Assembly: GCA_021613535.1 (NCBI GenBank)
Contig: CP075493.1
Coordinates: 620,001-684,000, forward strand
Source of the DNA: Adineta vaga
Lineage: Eukaryota; Animalia; Rotifera
Length of the DNA: 64,000 nt
Direction: 5' to 3'
The notes below the pieces were generated by a model that saw only the letters and a program-made list of their open reading frames with translations, ran no database searches and had not been told where the DNA came from. Positions 21,307-34,587 of the stretch are shown piece by piece (position 1 is the first letter of the stretch; every line of letters begins with the position of its first letter). Both the position numbers and the translations under genes were made by a program.

Positions 21307-23735
21307 ATAATGAACATCTCTCCTATATGAAAACTCCCTTATACTGAACACCTTCCGGTCCCCTCGAGCGAATTTTGCTAGTTTTGAACCTCTCCTATAT
21401 GAAAACCTCTCGATTCTGAATGTGAACGCTTTTTTCTGGGTCCCCACCATGTAAATCGACCCTCTGTAATATGAACATTGACATATGGCGCCGCCTATCG
21501 TCTAGTTAATACTATGTATTCAGGTAGAGACTTGAAAATTATATGGCAGTACGAGCATGAGTTAAGAAGTAAAACAAAACAAAAAAAAGTTTAAATCGAT
21601 CAACAAGAACTGGAGTTATAAGCAAAACACGTCAAAAAACCAATCTTACAATAAAGTTGCAATTCACTCATATATATATATTCTTCAGTTCCAGCTTGAA
21701 AGGTGCAAAATGTTTAAGTATTCATTAGTTATCAATAATCGAATACTATGAAAAAAAAATTATATGAAATAATGGAAAAGTCGTAAAAAATTTCACAAAA
21801 GTATTTGACCATTGTCTTGGAAAGTATTATGATTGTTTATTAAATACTATATTTTAAAATGTGAAAATTCGATTTTTTATATAAACATAACTTTCTTTCT
21901 GCAATCTTATAATGTTCAGTTGTAATTACACTAGACCTTTTGCTTCAGCATATTATAATGTGACCATCGTATGATGATTTCAGAATACATTGCCTAGTAT
22001 AGGATATATTGCAACTTTTAGCGACTAGCTTAAGATTTTAAACGAAAGTTATTTATATGGTTTAGATGAACAAAAATTTTCTACCGAATAATATATAAAC
22101 TGTATAAAAATTACTCAATAAATTGCGAACTCATTTTTTTCATATATTGAATTTTGAGACCATTGATAACGGCTAAAGCGCGAATTATCGAATAGGCTGA
22201 AAATTGTGGAACTTATTACTATTATTGACCCCTATAATTGCTGAAAGTTTCAGGCCAAACAGTCTTTGCTTTCTGAGTTTCCTCAAAACCACCCTGGTTC
22301 CAATTGCCCTATGATATCAAAGAAATATCAGTATTTGGAGGTTCATCATTTTTAGGGCAAATTTCAAGATCCCAAATTTTTTATTGCATTAGCGTGTAAT
22401 ACTAGGATAGCAGTCTTTGCAAAAAAAGTTTGAGCAAAATCGCTCGAGCTGATCGGGAGAAATCATATTCATAAGATGGACCTCTTTTGGGTCTATATTG
22501 AGACTAGAGTTAGAAATGACGATAATACTTTTTCACAACATATCTTTTATCAAATAACATGGTTGTGTTCCCCGTGTTGAGATCTATCTTTGGTAAAAAT
22601 TTCAGGTCTCTATCACGTGGTGATGAAGAGATATTGTAAAAATAGTGCTACCCAAAAAAAATCAAAAATTGATAAAAAGGCATTTTGGGACTTTTCAGAC
22701 GAAATATCGTATCTCAGCCAAAATTCAAGCTTTAGGGCTAAAAATTTGGATCTATACCTAAAACAATGTCCTCTACAAGATCAGCTAACTCCTATCTTGA
22801 TCTGAGAATATCGATTGAGTAGCTATATTGAGAAATTGGTTGTCCTTCTCGTGCAGTGACTCATATTTGTTATTAGATGATTCACTGGTATTATTTTTTT
22901 GTATTTTTTCTTACATATTCTGTATATTAGTATTTACTTAGCATGAAAAGAAATGCTATCCATATCTCTGTACGTCTTTTTGACTTCTCCTTATAAATGG
23001 CGAATATATATAAATAATCCATTGTTTGATATTTTATGTATATTTAAATTCAAGCAGGAATGTTTTTTTTTCGAAGAGAAATGATTTTTATTATAAAGAG
23101 ACGCGGTTAGAGCATTCTCTATGTACAAAAGGCAATTGACGTCATGGAAGAAGTATCATCCTAGCTCTATTTTTTAGCAACAGTTCCATGTTTAAATACA
23201 AGTAAATACATTTGTTACTTGGTTGATCCATATCTCTCTAGGATTTTTGCACTTCTCTTTGAAAAGTGAGAAATGGATGGACGACTTCATTATGAATCGT
23301 TTTCGTTTCGGCTTGAATGACTGGAGGATCTTTGTAAGATAAAAAAGTATGTATGTTCGAAAAAGAATTTCTCCTTGACTTTATATGGATTAAGCATTTC
23401 TGCTGGTAATGGAACAGTTTCTCTCTTTTTTGGTGATATGGTCCAACTCTCAAGAAACCCTATTTGTAATAAATGATAATCCACCATAAACCGAACAAAT
23501 TCAGTGTGAGTTTCGTGACCGGCATGTTTTTGAAAAGAGTTTGGCTGATTCATGATATTTTTATGTTTTAATGTCAGCTTGGTATTTAAGCAGACGTGTT
23601 GTTGTCCAACATCAGCTCTTTCAGATGTTAAAAGTCGCAGGTTTTGTTTTAAACTGGCCAACTGCCTTTTTATTTTGAGAAATACACAATAGTTTAATGA
23701 GTAAATTCCGAACTGACCAAAAAAAGAAACTTATG

Positions 23736-24629
23736 TTACTTTTGAATGACACCAATTTTGCTCAAAAAATCCAAGGTAGCCCGTGCAACCTTCTCCGGAG
23801 CCTCGACGTGTGGATAATGTCCTGCTTGATCCACCATGGCTATTTCCACCAAACTACTTTTACTCAAATTAGATGCCACAAAAGCTGCCTCTTGTGCAGG
23901 ATCTGTAAAATCCGGATCTTGGCTGCCCATAACCAAAAGGACTGGTACTGTGACAGTGCCAATCTTAGCCCAAGCATGTTCTTTCGTGGCTCTGATCATG
24001 GTGCCAATGATGCCAGCATGAGCACAATTAGATAACATCTTTTCCTTTACGGCTGCGGTATAGTCAGGCAAATCCGTTGGAGGGCTCACAAAAAAGCTTT
24101 TGAAGGCGGATACCCACGCTGGTTGCCCCCAAAGTCGATTGAATAGGAGGTGACTGATGGGTCTAAAATACGTGTCTTTCGGCATGTCTCGAAAGAATCC
24201 TCCGAGTGTTACAATCGCCGCGATACGATGCGGATGTTCTGCAGCGACCGTGATGGCAGATGCAGCCGAGAGAGAATTGACGAAAAGAGTCACAGGTAAT
24301 GTGATGTTGGACGCGTCAAGAACGGCGATGATATCGCTAGCGATGGACTCGATAGAGTAGGTATTGAACTCGGTGCCACTGTCGCCGACACCTCGCATGT
24401 CCTGTGCGATGACTCGGAAGCCGGCGGTTTGTAGTAACGGCGCTAAGAATCGGTAGCTGTGTCGGAAGTCGCCGATGCCGGGAACACAGTAAGCAATTGG
24501 CATAGATGGAGGAGCGTTAGGGTTCGAATCTTCGAATGCAATTGTCGAGGAGTCGACAGGCAACTCGGTGAATGACCCACTAGAGAACAGGCGAGGCAAA
24601 GTGACGTAAATTTTATTGGTTGGTATCAT
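23736..24629 (-). CDS. Alpha/beta-fold hydrolase, microbial-type, intronless
   Basis: Oxyanion region CVPGIGD, QDMRGVGDS, nucleophile elbow FVNSLSA, acid MGSQDPDF, His AGHYPHVE. Visibly more GC-rich than the flanks. ATG at 24629. Confidence 0.85.
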   Translation of the reverse strand: MIPTNKIYVTLPRLFSSGSFTELPVDSSTIAFEDSNPNAPPSMPIAYCVPGIGDFRHSYRFLAPLLQTAGFRVIAQDMRGVGDSGTEFNTYSIESIASDIIAVLDASNITLPVTLFVNSLSAASAITVAAEHPHRIAAIVTLGGFFRDMPKDTYFRPISHLLFNRLWGQPAWVSAFKSFFVSPPTDLPDYTAAVKEKMLSNCAHAGIIGTMIRATKEHAWAKIGTVTVPVLLVMGSQDPDFTDPAQEAAFVASNLSKSSLVEIAMVDQAGHYPHVEAPEKVARATLDFLSKIGVIQK

Positions 24630-25029
24630 CTTTTGCAAATTGGGGGACGTTTACGTTTACTTTTACGTATGTAATTGTTCAGTGATGATTTATACTATCT
24701 GCATCTGAAAACTTTGAAAGAGTAAGCAAAATCCCGTTGATTGTATCGAGACAAGAATCTTTTTTTACTCATTAAAATGTGCACTTTTTACGCATAAAAA
24801 CGTCGTTTTTTCATTACTTGTCTGTCTATGGTATATCACTACCCAGGCAGACGAGCAAGAAAGTGCGAGATGTGTACTTACATGGCATAGAAAGAGAAAC
24901 CAAAAAGCAACCATGTGATGTAAGAAAAAACAAAAAGTAACTTTCATAATATATCGATTCACTGAACTTTAGATTGAAGAAATAAAAATTATCTATAGTA
25001 TTATATTAGTTCCATCCGTCAACGCTTAC

Positions 25030-25427
25030 GAGAAATAGAAAAGAGAAAAAAATACTTAATGTATCAAGACGAAGGACACAATGACGACAAAATGGAAAAA
25101 AACGGAAACAGAAACATATTTATACTAACGCGATGATGACTAACTTCTTCTGACTTGATTGTGCTCAGACAGGCAAGTAACGAAAAAAAAACGATGTTTT
25201 TACACGGAAAGGGCGCACATTTTAACGCGTTAAAAAAAATCTTTTTTTGAAGGAAAGCAAATCTAAAAGCATTAGTTGTTACCAATTCTCTTTTTTCCTT
25301 GCTTGACTGATTGGATGCACTAGAAAAATAAATTCTTTTTTGACTCACCATTTTATTCGTCCCATCTGTGGACGATCAGGAGAAATAGAAAAGAGAAAAA
25401 AAATCTTAATGTATCAAGACGAAGGAC
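25030..25427 (+). repeat. About 48-bp direct repeat pair 350 bp apart
   Basis: GAGAAATAGAAAAGAGAAAAAAA..CTTAATGTATCAAGACGAAGGAC at about 25030-25077 and 25380-25427. Confidence 0.75.
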
Positions 25428-27507
25428 GAGTGCAAAGGGGAACAAGCGTACTTCTTCGTACTCTCGGTACTTCTTGATACGTCTTCGTACTTCTACATTC
25501 ACCTATTTTTTTTATCACTCTTATACTTTAGATGGATGTTGATATTATTGCATAAATTTTAATAGTTATGCCTAAATAACATTTGAAACATACAAATAAT
25601 ATAAAATCACACGAAAATAAATAGAAAATAAAAACAGACTGGATACAGTAAACCATAATTTATTACTCTCTAAAAAAACGGTTTCATAATAAACTATTTA
25701 TGGTTCTAGCGAAAGTGGCTTGAACCAAGATGGATTAGTTTTTCAACCCCGCTTAATTAATGCAAATCTCGAATGGTTTTTCTCATCAAAAAATAATAAT
25801 ACAACCAGGCAGCAAGTGTCACTAAAGTCGTTAATATAACAGTTAACTAGGGATGCAACGATGATGCTCATTAATCGGATCGCTGATATTCACAGTTACT
25901 GACCATACGCATCGATTATCACCCATATTTTTTCAGTACTTTTTTACCAGTTCTAGAAATTTGTGGATTTGAGAAATTCCTTGGAGGAGGGTATATCTGG
26001 AAAGTAACAATATTTTATAAAGTTTGACCAACGATTTTTCGCGTTAAGGAGTCTGAATCACAAGACCGGTTCTCAAAATTTGTGAACTTGGGAATTTCAG
26101 TTTAGAATGGGTATTTTTCGGAAACTACGATATTCCATATACTTATAAGGGTCACACATATAAATAAGATTATACACAGAAATAACGGATTACATAGGAA
26201 TAAGGGGATAGATATAGATATTAGGAGTTAAGCATAGAATTATGGGGGTTAAATGTAGTATGAATTAGCAGTACTAGTGTAAGTGAGTTTGATGGACTGC
26301 TTCTTATCAGGGTGGAACCATTTTTTGCTAGAAACTTAAAAGGTTCAGTATGAAACCTAGTTTTTAAAAAGAGTATGACCATAGTCTAACGGAAGACCTT
26401 CTATTTTAAGTTTAATTCAGATTTGGTTATGTTTTTTTAATGAATCTATGCAGGATGACAAAATGTTAGATTGTAAAAACAATTCCTTCGATGTTTCTGG
26501 ATTTGCGTTGTGTTGCGGTAAAAAAACGAAGCTTTTGATGATCCGATAAGTATATTAGTATAGACGTTAATCAACTAATATACACAAGATATTTTGCTTA
26601 TCTTTAATTCTTTCTTTTCCAACAATTAACACTTCGTTCAACTTTAACTATTTCTTTTTTATATTTATTAAGAAAATGTGCATCTCAATTTGCGATATTT
26701 TACATTCGATCCAAGCTGAATGAATCATCAAAAGCAGACTCTATTTTTCGTTAGTTTTCTTTAACATAAATTTTAATAATATATGTAACTCGTATCCATA
26801 CAATTAAATGTTCAAAAAAGCACTGGTACTCTCTTATTTCTCTATAGCTGTGAAGATCTTTTGTAATTAATATAATATCTCACGTAAAAGTGTAAATATT
26901 TTTTATTGTTCATAGAAGAAAAACATATGATTGCATTGTTGTGCTCGTAATAGAATATAATTAGATTGAACAAAAGTGAAAGAGTTTGACAAATAACTAA
27001 GAATGCAAATAAAAATGTTCTACTAAATGGAATTTCAAACGAATGAAAAGCATCATTTTCATAATCTATAGTTTCATTTATATCGACTGAGATTTTATCT
27101 TAAAATAAAAAGAATAATGTTAATATTGGAATTATCTTCTTTTTTTGTTTCTTCGCGTGTGAATATTTTTCAATCCTTAGTTAAGATGAGGATGTAGGTA
27201 TGCTGTTCTTTTCTGATTAACTTAAGAGAGATAGTGAAAGAAAAAGGGAAATTCCAAGTTTTTATTGAAAACGTTGCAAATTTGGTTTTCAAAGTTTTAA
27301 AATCTTGTTTATATTCAATGTATTCATGAGATTAAACTTTTAAAATGTATTTTCCGAATAGATTGCGATTATTTTATATATTAGGTTGGCAAGAAATTTT
27401 TTGCGCTTTTTTCTCAAATTTTCTTGAACATCCGAGAAAGTTCTAGAAGTTTCCATATTAAGAGTATATAAAGGGGGTACAAATGTCTTTCGAACAACAA
27501 CAAAACT

Positions 27508-29318
27508 ATGGATATGGATGTTGATCTCGAATTAGAAATGAAGATATCACGTAGGGAGCTCCGAGTGCTTTTGCTTGATGAATTCCGTTTGGGTCGCAAA
27601 GCAACGGAAGCAACACGCAACATATGCAGCACAATGGGCAAGGATGCACTCTCTATCCGCACAGCACAACATCGGTTGAAGAATGGCAACTTCGAACTCG
27701 ACGATTTACCTCATACCGGAAGACCATCAGAGGTGGATATGGACCATTTAAAGCAGCTTATCGAAGAAGATCCTAGGTTGACTACGCGGTGTTTATCAGA
27801 GCGACTTGGGTGCTCTCATACTACAGTGGAAACACATCTGAGCGATTTAGGTAAAACGTGGAAATATGAACTTTGGATACTACATCATTTGTCATCGCAT
27901 CAGCTTCAACACAGAGTTGATGCTTGCATGAAATTAATGACGTCTCACCGCAACTACCAATGGCTCCGCAATCTTATTACTGGAGATGAGAAGTGAGTGT
28001 TATTCCCTCGACTGTAAGGAGGGTCATATGAAAAAAATAAATTTAGTTTGTCTGTTTGTTTGTAAATTTGTGTCAGGGTCAAAGGTCAAAAACACATTTT
28101 TTTTAAATGGTCGCAAACGTTGAAAACTGATAGTAGGATGGGGCTAGGTCTAGTGGGAGTGAGTTGGGTGAGACCATGGGTGGTAGTATGAAGCTTGGTG
28201 GAAGTTTAACCATGGGTTTGGCTGGCGGGTGAGGGTGCGGGGTCAGGTGGTGAAGTATAGCTTGAATGGTGGGTTGTTGTTCCCTCGACTGTAGGAAGGG
28301 TCTTATGAAAAAAAATAGTTTGTATGTATGTATGTTTGTGTCAAGGTCAAAGGTCAAAAAAACATTTTCCTGAAAAACAACAGAAAGTCAAAAGATCGCC
28401 ATTGAAAGTGTATTCAAGCGTCACCGAAACAGAGTGTCATCAGCTCCGTGAATGTCCTATCATGGCGGTGGCGATGGGTGTCTCCACAAGTGCCGTATCA
28501 TGGCCGCGTCGGTGGATGGTTCCTCACGTGCTCTATCATATGATATAGCGGTATCAATAGATTCCAGTTTGGACCTGTGGTTGTCAATAGTTTTTGATGA
28601 GCGAGCGTGGATAAGATTTGATTGATGCATGGTTTGAGGTTGGGTCGGATTTTCAAGTTTTATATTCACCCACGCTGAAACTCAGATGTCTTTTCTGTCT
28701 AGAATGAGAGAGTGCGTAGAAAAAGCTGTCCCTTCTGTAGTCGAGGGTGAAGTGAATCGGCACGACGAGCGTTACTTGTATGTTAACCACACGCGCAAGC
28801 GGCAGTGGCTGGGAGCTGGAGAAACAGGTATAGCAACGCCCAAAAATGATCTTTACCCAAAGAAGATCATGTTGAGCGTATGGTGGGGTGTCAAAGGGAT
28901 TATTCATTGGGAAATTCTTCCAGCTGGCTGCACCGTCACTGCTGATCTCTACTGTCAGCAATTAGATCGAGTTGCAGCAAAACTTCATGGAAAGCAAGGC
29001 AGGATTTATTTTTTGCGTGATAACGCCAGACCTCACATTGCAAAGTCGGCTCGTGAAAAATTATTGAAGCTCGGATGGATTACACTTCCGCATCCATCCT
29101 ACTCTCCTGACTTGGCCCCAACAGATTACCATTTGTTTCGTTCTCTTTCTAATTATTTGGGCGAGAAAAAATTCAACGACGAGAACAACCTCAAAACGGA
29201 CCTGACCAACTTCTTCGACCAAAAGTCTCAGGACTTTTAAGAAGGCGGAATCCTTTCTCTGCCAGAGCGCTGGCGACAAGTCATAGATAGTAATGGAGCA
29301 TACATTGTTGAAAGTTAG
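27508..29318 (+). pseudogene. Mariner transposase pseudogene (nonsense codons at 27994 and 29238; insertion at 28002-28777)
   Basis: HTH region and ITGDEK*V, resuming LYVNHTRKRQW after the insert. Then KKIMLSVWWG, DNARPH, YSPDLAPTDYHLF and F*EGGILSLPERWRQVIDSNGAY. Confidence 0.92.
28002..28777 (+). mobile_element. Non-autonomous Helentron-associated element (HINE/DINE-1-like) with duplicated 5' end
   Basis: Subterminal inverted repeat CCCTCGACT (28005) / AGTCGAGGG (28739); GTTT/GTCT microsatellite near the 5' end; 3' segment AAGTGAATCGGCACGACGAGCGTTACTT. Inserted at a T-rich site with no long TSD. Second 5' end copy at about 28280-28370. Confidence 0.75.
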
Positions 29319-31692
29319 TTGTATTTTTAAAGTTAAAAAATAAAAAGAAGTTTTTGGAAAAAAACGCAAAAAATTTCTTGCGAACCTAATATATAGATAT
29401 AGATATAGAGCCGGTTAGGCATTTTATTAGGCTACATTCGAACAAGTCATATGTATGGTCAAAAAGGGTTCGCTTCTTTTGGTTAAGTCAGACTGCATTT
29501 TTGCTACAATAATATAATTGAAATTCTTTCTATACTGTAGCGAATGTGGTTTCGAACGAAACTTCACTTACATCCTGAAGAATGAAGTAAAACTTCGCAA
29601 AAACCCGTCTTTTTCTCTTCCAATGATACTTACACATTATTTTTCTCAATATTTTTAATAATCAGATTTTTAATATTCCACTTGTTATCAACTTCTCTAA
29701 TATTCATTGATAGATAAGCGACATGTGCTAGACGAAGAAAGATTATTTGATTGTAATCGTGACGAAAACTTTTTTTCAATGAATCCTAAATGATCCCAAC
29801 AATAACATTTTTATTAATAGATTAGTAACGAGATTTTATTTTAACGCACAAATTCTTCTAAACTTCAGTTATAATTTGAGAAAACAATGAATTTGATAAA
29901 GATTTGTTTTTGGTCTAACCTTTATATAATGAATAAGATCCATTTCAGATATATAGAAAATCGTTGTATACTTGCTATTAATCCATATGATTTCCATTGA
30001 TTATTTTTATCTGGATGAAAATAAGACGAAGAATAAATCCTCAATTGATAATAATTTTCAGTTGTTAAATCTAAATCAAAACTCATATTTAACAATCGAT
30101 ATTGTAATAGTGGTACAAGACTACTAACATCCCTCTTGTTTTACAGAGACAATGAAAGGTGATATCTATCGCCTACACGAGAATCATTTTGACAAAGTTA
30201 CTTAATGTTGATAGGATACCAGGATCCTCTTACTATCCTCTGTAGAGCAGAGCCGATGTCCTATATTCACCACTGTATTCTTTGAAAGCATCCCAGACAT
30301 TTATTAATTGAAGGACATTTTTGTCGAATAAAAGTTCGAATTATTTGCTAAGCGCAGTACATAAATGCTGTGTCATGAATTATACGGTTTGATATAACAA
30401 CCATATTGTGATGAAAAGTACCAAAATTGATCACAATCCATGTAGATCGTCGCCTGTTTTTTATTTCAGTATGCAAATTGAATTTCCTTTTGTATTATAA
30501 GCGAAGAGTTTTCAGCGAATTCCATGTGCGCTACAGTAAATGTATTATAGGATATGAAATTAGTTTAAGATTTTTTATATATTCTCTTTGATGATGTGTA
30601 ATGAACTATCAAAGCGTTGTAATTCAACATGATTACTAATGTTAATTCATAGCGACCAACCAACATTGCATTTTAAATCAGTATTTAATTTCATCGAGGA
30701 GAATCAAATCCGACACATTTATCGCGTCGATGGCTATAGTACTCTTAAAATAAGGTCGATATTTTGATGCAGAATACACATCCAGACTTGTTGCGGCCAA
30801 TCTTCTTGCGGTTTCAAAAGAATAAAATTTTGAATGAGATACTTTTATATTAGGTTATTTACGTAAGCCGAAATGTATCGTAATGTATCTTTTGTCTAAA
30901 TTCATTTTCACATCTATTTCAATTGTTGAAAACAATTCGTAGATTTTCTTTTCGATCTATTTACGGTTAGAATCAAACTGTTACGTTTGTATATAGAAAG
31001 ATGTTTTCAAATGCATTCTAAAAAGAGTAAACATATTCATTCATCTACTTTAATGATAATTATAAACACGTATAATTGATTGTAATCGATCGTTTATTAG
31101 TCAAATTGAATGGTTAATGATCTTTTATAATGATTGTGATGATTTTTGATGGAAGAGATGTATGTACTGATGGAACTACGCCTTTATTTATTTCTTCCAC
31201 TTAAATCACGTCGCTTTGATACAAAACGCCTGTCTAGATACTCGTCCATAATTAGAAGGAAAGAAAAGGTAATATCAAAGTACATCAACATGTACCGAAG
31301 TATGGACAAACAGCATGCGTACAGCGCATGTGAGCGTGAGCGTCGCAATGATATAAAAGAAGTAATTTCGGGTGATCAATTACAAACGAATAGAAAAACC
31401 ACTCAAGGGAGTATTAATGTGTTACAGACAATAATAACTAACGAGTACGTAGGTATAGACTATAATAATATTTAATAATGTGATGTACCTACCGTTTGAG
31501 AGACAGAATTTTACAGCTGAGTGAGAAATAAAAAACTAACTACACGATTTTCTTTATAAAAGTAAAGATGAATAAATATATAATAGAAATAGAATTTTTT
31601 TTCTAAATGACACATTTGAGTAATTAATTTTGTCTGTATTTTCGTTCACTCACTCTACAAATTTGATTTCAATAGATTTGATAACAACGAAA

Positions 31693-33438
31693 ATGGTGAC
31701 TAAATCAACAGAAATACCAATTGAACATATTGTTTCTATTTCATCAAAGTATACTCCGGATAAAATTGTTGAGACGTTAGTTTTAAATGGAAGACAAGGA
31801 TTATTTCAACGAATGATTGATTCATTCAAACGTCCATTGCCAATTGAAAACGTTTCGATCGAAATGAATGGAACGAACGAAGGAGATAATCCACTAGATA
31901 CAAATGAAAGTGGTTTACGTCGAACATTGAACAATCGACATTTGCAAATGATTGCAATAGGTGGATCGATCGGTACTGGTCTCTTTGTCGGTGCTGGTTC
32001 TGCTCTTGCGACTGGTGGTCCTGCTGCACTTGTTCTTGATTTTGCCATCATTGGTTTTATGCTTTTCAATGTGTGTATGGCACTTGGTGAGTTAAGTGTT
32101 GCTTTTCCTGTGTCTGGTTCGTTCACTGCTCATGGTTCGCGCTTTATCGATCCTGCTTGGGGATTTGCTATGGGTTGGAATTACGCTCTCAGTTGGTTAG
32201 TTCTTATGCCTCTTGAAATAACAGCTGCCGGGCTCGTTATCGACTATTGGTCAACATCGGTTAATATTGCTGTATGGATAACTGTATTTCTTATCGTACT
32301 TTTTATTATCAACCTGTTCGGTGTTCGAGGCTACGCTGAAATCGAGTTCGTTATGTCTGTTGTTAAAGTTATCGCTATTCTTGGTTTCATCGTTCTTGGT
32401 ATCGTTCTTGTAGCAGGAGGTGGTCCAAATCATGAGTATTTAGGAGGAAAATATTGGTCTAATCCAGACCCATTTGCATACGGATTTAAAGGAGTATGTT
32501 CTGTTTTTGTTGTTGCTGCTTTCTCTTTTTCCGGCACGGAATTGGTTGGATTAGCAGCGGCTGAAACGACCGATCCTCGAAAAACTATTCCTCGAGCGAC
32601 AAAACAAGTTTTTTGGAGAATAACAATTTTCTACATTGTCTCGTTAACACTTATTGGTTGTTTGATACCTTATAATCACCCACGCCTTATGAGTGGATCA
32701 TCAAGCTATGATGCGTCCGCATCACCATTTGTGATTGCGATCGAAAATGCAGGCATTCGAATATTACCTTCCATATTTAACGCTGTGATTCTTTGTTCTG
32801 TTATTTCGGTAGGCAATTCCGCTGTCTATGGAGCATCTCGAACACTTTGTGCACTTGCCGAAGTAGGTCAGGCACCGAAAATACTCACTTATGTTGATCG
32901 AAAAGGTCGTCCACTCTCTGCTGTCGCTCTGTCGATTTTTCTGGAATTAATTGCTTACATTAACTGTGCAGGTGTTGGTTCTCAAGTTTTTAATTGGTTA
33001 CTTGCATTATCTGGATTAGCAAGTTTTTTCACTTGGGCTTCCATATGTGCTTGTCATATTATGTTTCGACTAGCATGGAAAGCACAAGGTCACAGTTTAG
33101 ATGAACTCGCCTTTGTAGCACCCTTTGGTATAGTAGGAAGTTGTTTTGGTCTTCTACTTAATATTTTATGTCTCATTGCTCAATTCTATGTAGCTGTTTT
33201 TCCAATAATTGGTCCTTCAAGTATCGAAGCATTCTTTCAAGCCTATCTTGCTGCACCTATTCTTATTTTATGTTATGTCGTCTGGAAAGTTTGGAAGAGA
33301 ACACCATTTATGTGGCCAAAAACCATAGATCTCGTAACGGGAAGACGTTTACTCGATACACAACAAGTGATTGACAAAGAAAGAGCTGAGCGTATGACTT
33401 GGCCTATATGGAAAAAACTATATTTTCACTTATGCTGA
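31693..33438 (+). CDS. Amino-acid permease, fungal YAT family (GAP1-like), intronless
   Basis: LRRTLNNRHLQMIAIGGSIGTGLFVG, RFIDPAWGFAMGWNY, AAFSFSGTELVGLAAAE, KQVFWRI, SPFVIAI. Ends in Cys (FHLC*), like the fungal FWC terminus. Confidence 0.92.
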   Translation: MVTKSTEIPIEHIVSISSKYTPDKIVETLVLNGRQGLFQRMIDSFKRPLPIENVSIEMNGTNEGDNPLDTNESGLRRTLNNRHLQMIAIGGSIGTGLFVGAGSALATGGPAALVLDFAIIGFMLFNVCMALGELSVAFPVSGSFTAHGSRFIDPAWGFAMGWNYALSWLVLMPLEITAAGLVIDYWSTSVNIAVWITVFLIVLFIINLFGVRGYAEIEFVMSVVKVIAILGFIVLGIVLVAGGGPNHEYLGGKYWSNPDPFAYGFKGVCSVFVVAAFSFSGTELVGLAAAETTDPRKTIPRATKQVFWRITIFYIVSLTLIGCLIPYNHPRLMSGSSSYDASASPFVIAIENAGIRILPSIFNAVILCSVISVGNSAVYGASRTLCALAEVGQAPKILTYVDRKGRPLSAVALSIFLELIAYINCAGVGSQVFNWLLALSGLASFFTWASICACHIMFRLAWKAQGHSLDELAFVAPFGIVGSCFGLLLNILCLIAQFYVAVFPIIGPSSIEAFFQAYLAAPILILCYVVWKVWKRTPFMWPKTIDLVTGRRLLDTQQVIDKERAERMTWPIWKKLYFHLC

Positions 33439-34339
33439 GCATATGTATATTTTGCGGGAGACGGACAGTTGCTCGTTAAAAGATATTTCGAGTTTAATGT
33501 ATAAATAAGAGAAAGATGTTTTTATTATTAATAAATATTAAGTGAATAAAAAGAATCTACATAGATATTAAATTGTACAATCATCTGTTCATAATGATTC
33601 ATTTGAGGGTGTGGGTGAACAAAATGGAATCTTTTCCCGCAGTTTATCATCATCAAGTAGCATTTAGTTAAGTTTTTCTGATAGGGAAATAAAATAAAAA
33701 CAACATTTTCTTGGAACTTATTAAACTATTTATACAAAAAAATTCGTCGTGATTGATTTCAAGTCGAGTATCGTTACTTTCACTCTGAAGACAAAGAGAA
33801 CGAAAAAAATAAGTTTTTTGTTTTTTCTTATAGATAAACATGTGATTAACACGAGAATTAATCTAGAAGATTGTTCATATCTATAACAGACTAAATTACA
33901 TCTTTACGGAACATAAGATTTACTGATATTTATGAAATTGAATCTGAGTATGTCTTCTCCGAAATACAAATTTGTCCATGTGATTCAGTGAATTGAAAAT
34001 GGAAATAACCAACAAACTTTTGTTTGAGTATGATTTTCTTTTAATGAAATATTTTTTTGTAGAACCTGATTCTGAATCTGGTTTATTTATTGGATGTTTA
34101 GGGACAGTATTTTTATTATATTTAGTTTAGTTTTACTTATTATTGAATTATTTAAAGATTTTTGAATGATAAACATTTTTTATCAAGAAGATTTACAGTA
34201 AATGTTCTCATATAAGTTTAATAGAAAGAATAAATATGAAAAGAAGTTATGATAAATAAGATGAAAAAATGTAAATAGAAAAGTTTTTCTTTGTATTTAT
34301 TTAAAAATCAGATTTGAATTTCTCTTGTTTTTGATAGAT

Positions 34340-34587
34340 GAAAGGATTCATCTTCGTGTACAAAGATTTGTAAATACAATTCCAGGTGTTAATGATGAAA
34401 AAACAACGAGATTTTTTTATTATTGGTAAAATATTTCGATTTATTGTATTTACATCAACGCAAGTAAAGTACAAAAAGTAGGAGTTGGTTTTGGAAATAC
34501 TTTATTTAAAATTGAAATTCCGTCGGGATGTAAACAAGTTCGAGATATTGCAAATATCTCATGTTTTTCTATTGAACAAGAATATGG
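34340..34587 (+). pseudogene. Fragment of an ADP-ribosyltransferase domain
   Basis: Frameshifted translation FIIGKIFRFIVFTST / SKVQKVGVGFGNTLFKIEIPSGCKQVRDIANISCFSIEQEY carries the STS-like and ExE motifs. It is cut off by a telomere-like palindrome. Confidence 0.6.

Larger units (their letters stand above)
14357..21480 (+). mobile_element. Left end of a pogo/Tigger-like DNA transposon, split by the LTR element
   Basis: TA|CAGTATAAACTCTAATAAT (14357) rejoins GAACATCTCTCCTATATGAA...GGTCCC (21312 onward) once the LTR element and one TSD are removed. This resembles pogo-type termini with internal CTCTCCTATATGAA repeats. Right TIR not found. Confidence 0.45.
27381..29389 (+). mobile_element. Mariner (D,D34D) transposon, inactivated
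   Basis: TIRs TTAGGTTGGCAAGAAATTTTTTGCG and CGCAAAAAATTTCTTGCGAACCTAA, flanked by TA on both sides. Confidence 0.93.

Noticed and set aside
23290-23661. 123-aa ORF downstream of the hydrolase
   Set aside because: No ATG start and no recognisable domain; cannot be supported.
28686-28777. N-terminus of the 184-aa transposase ORF
   Set aside because: It derives from the inserted Helentron-type element, not the transposase.
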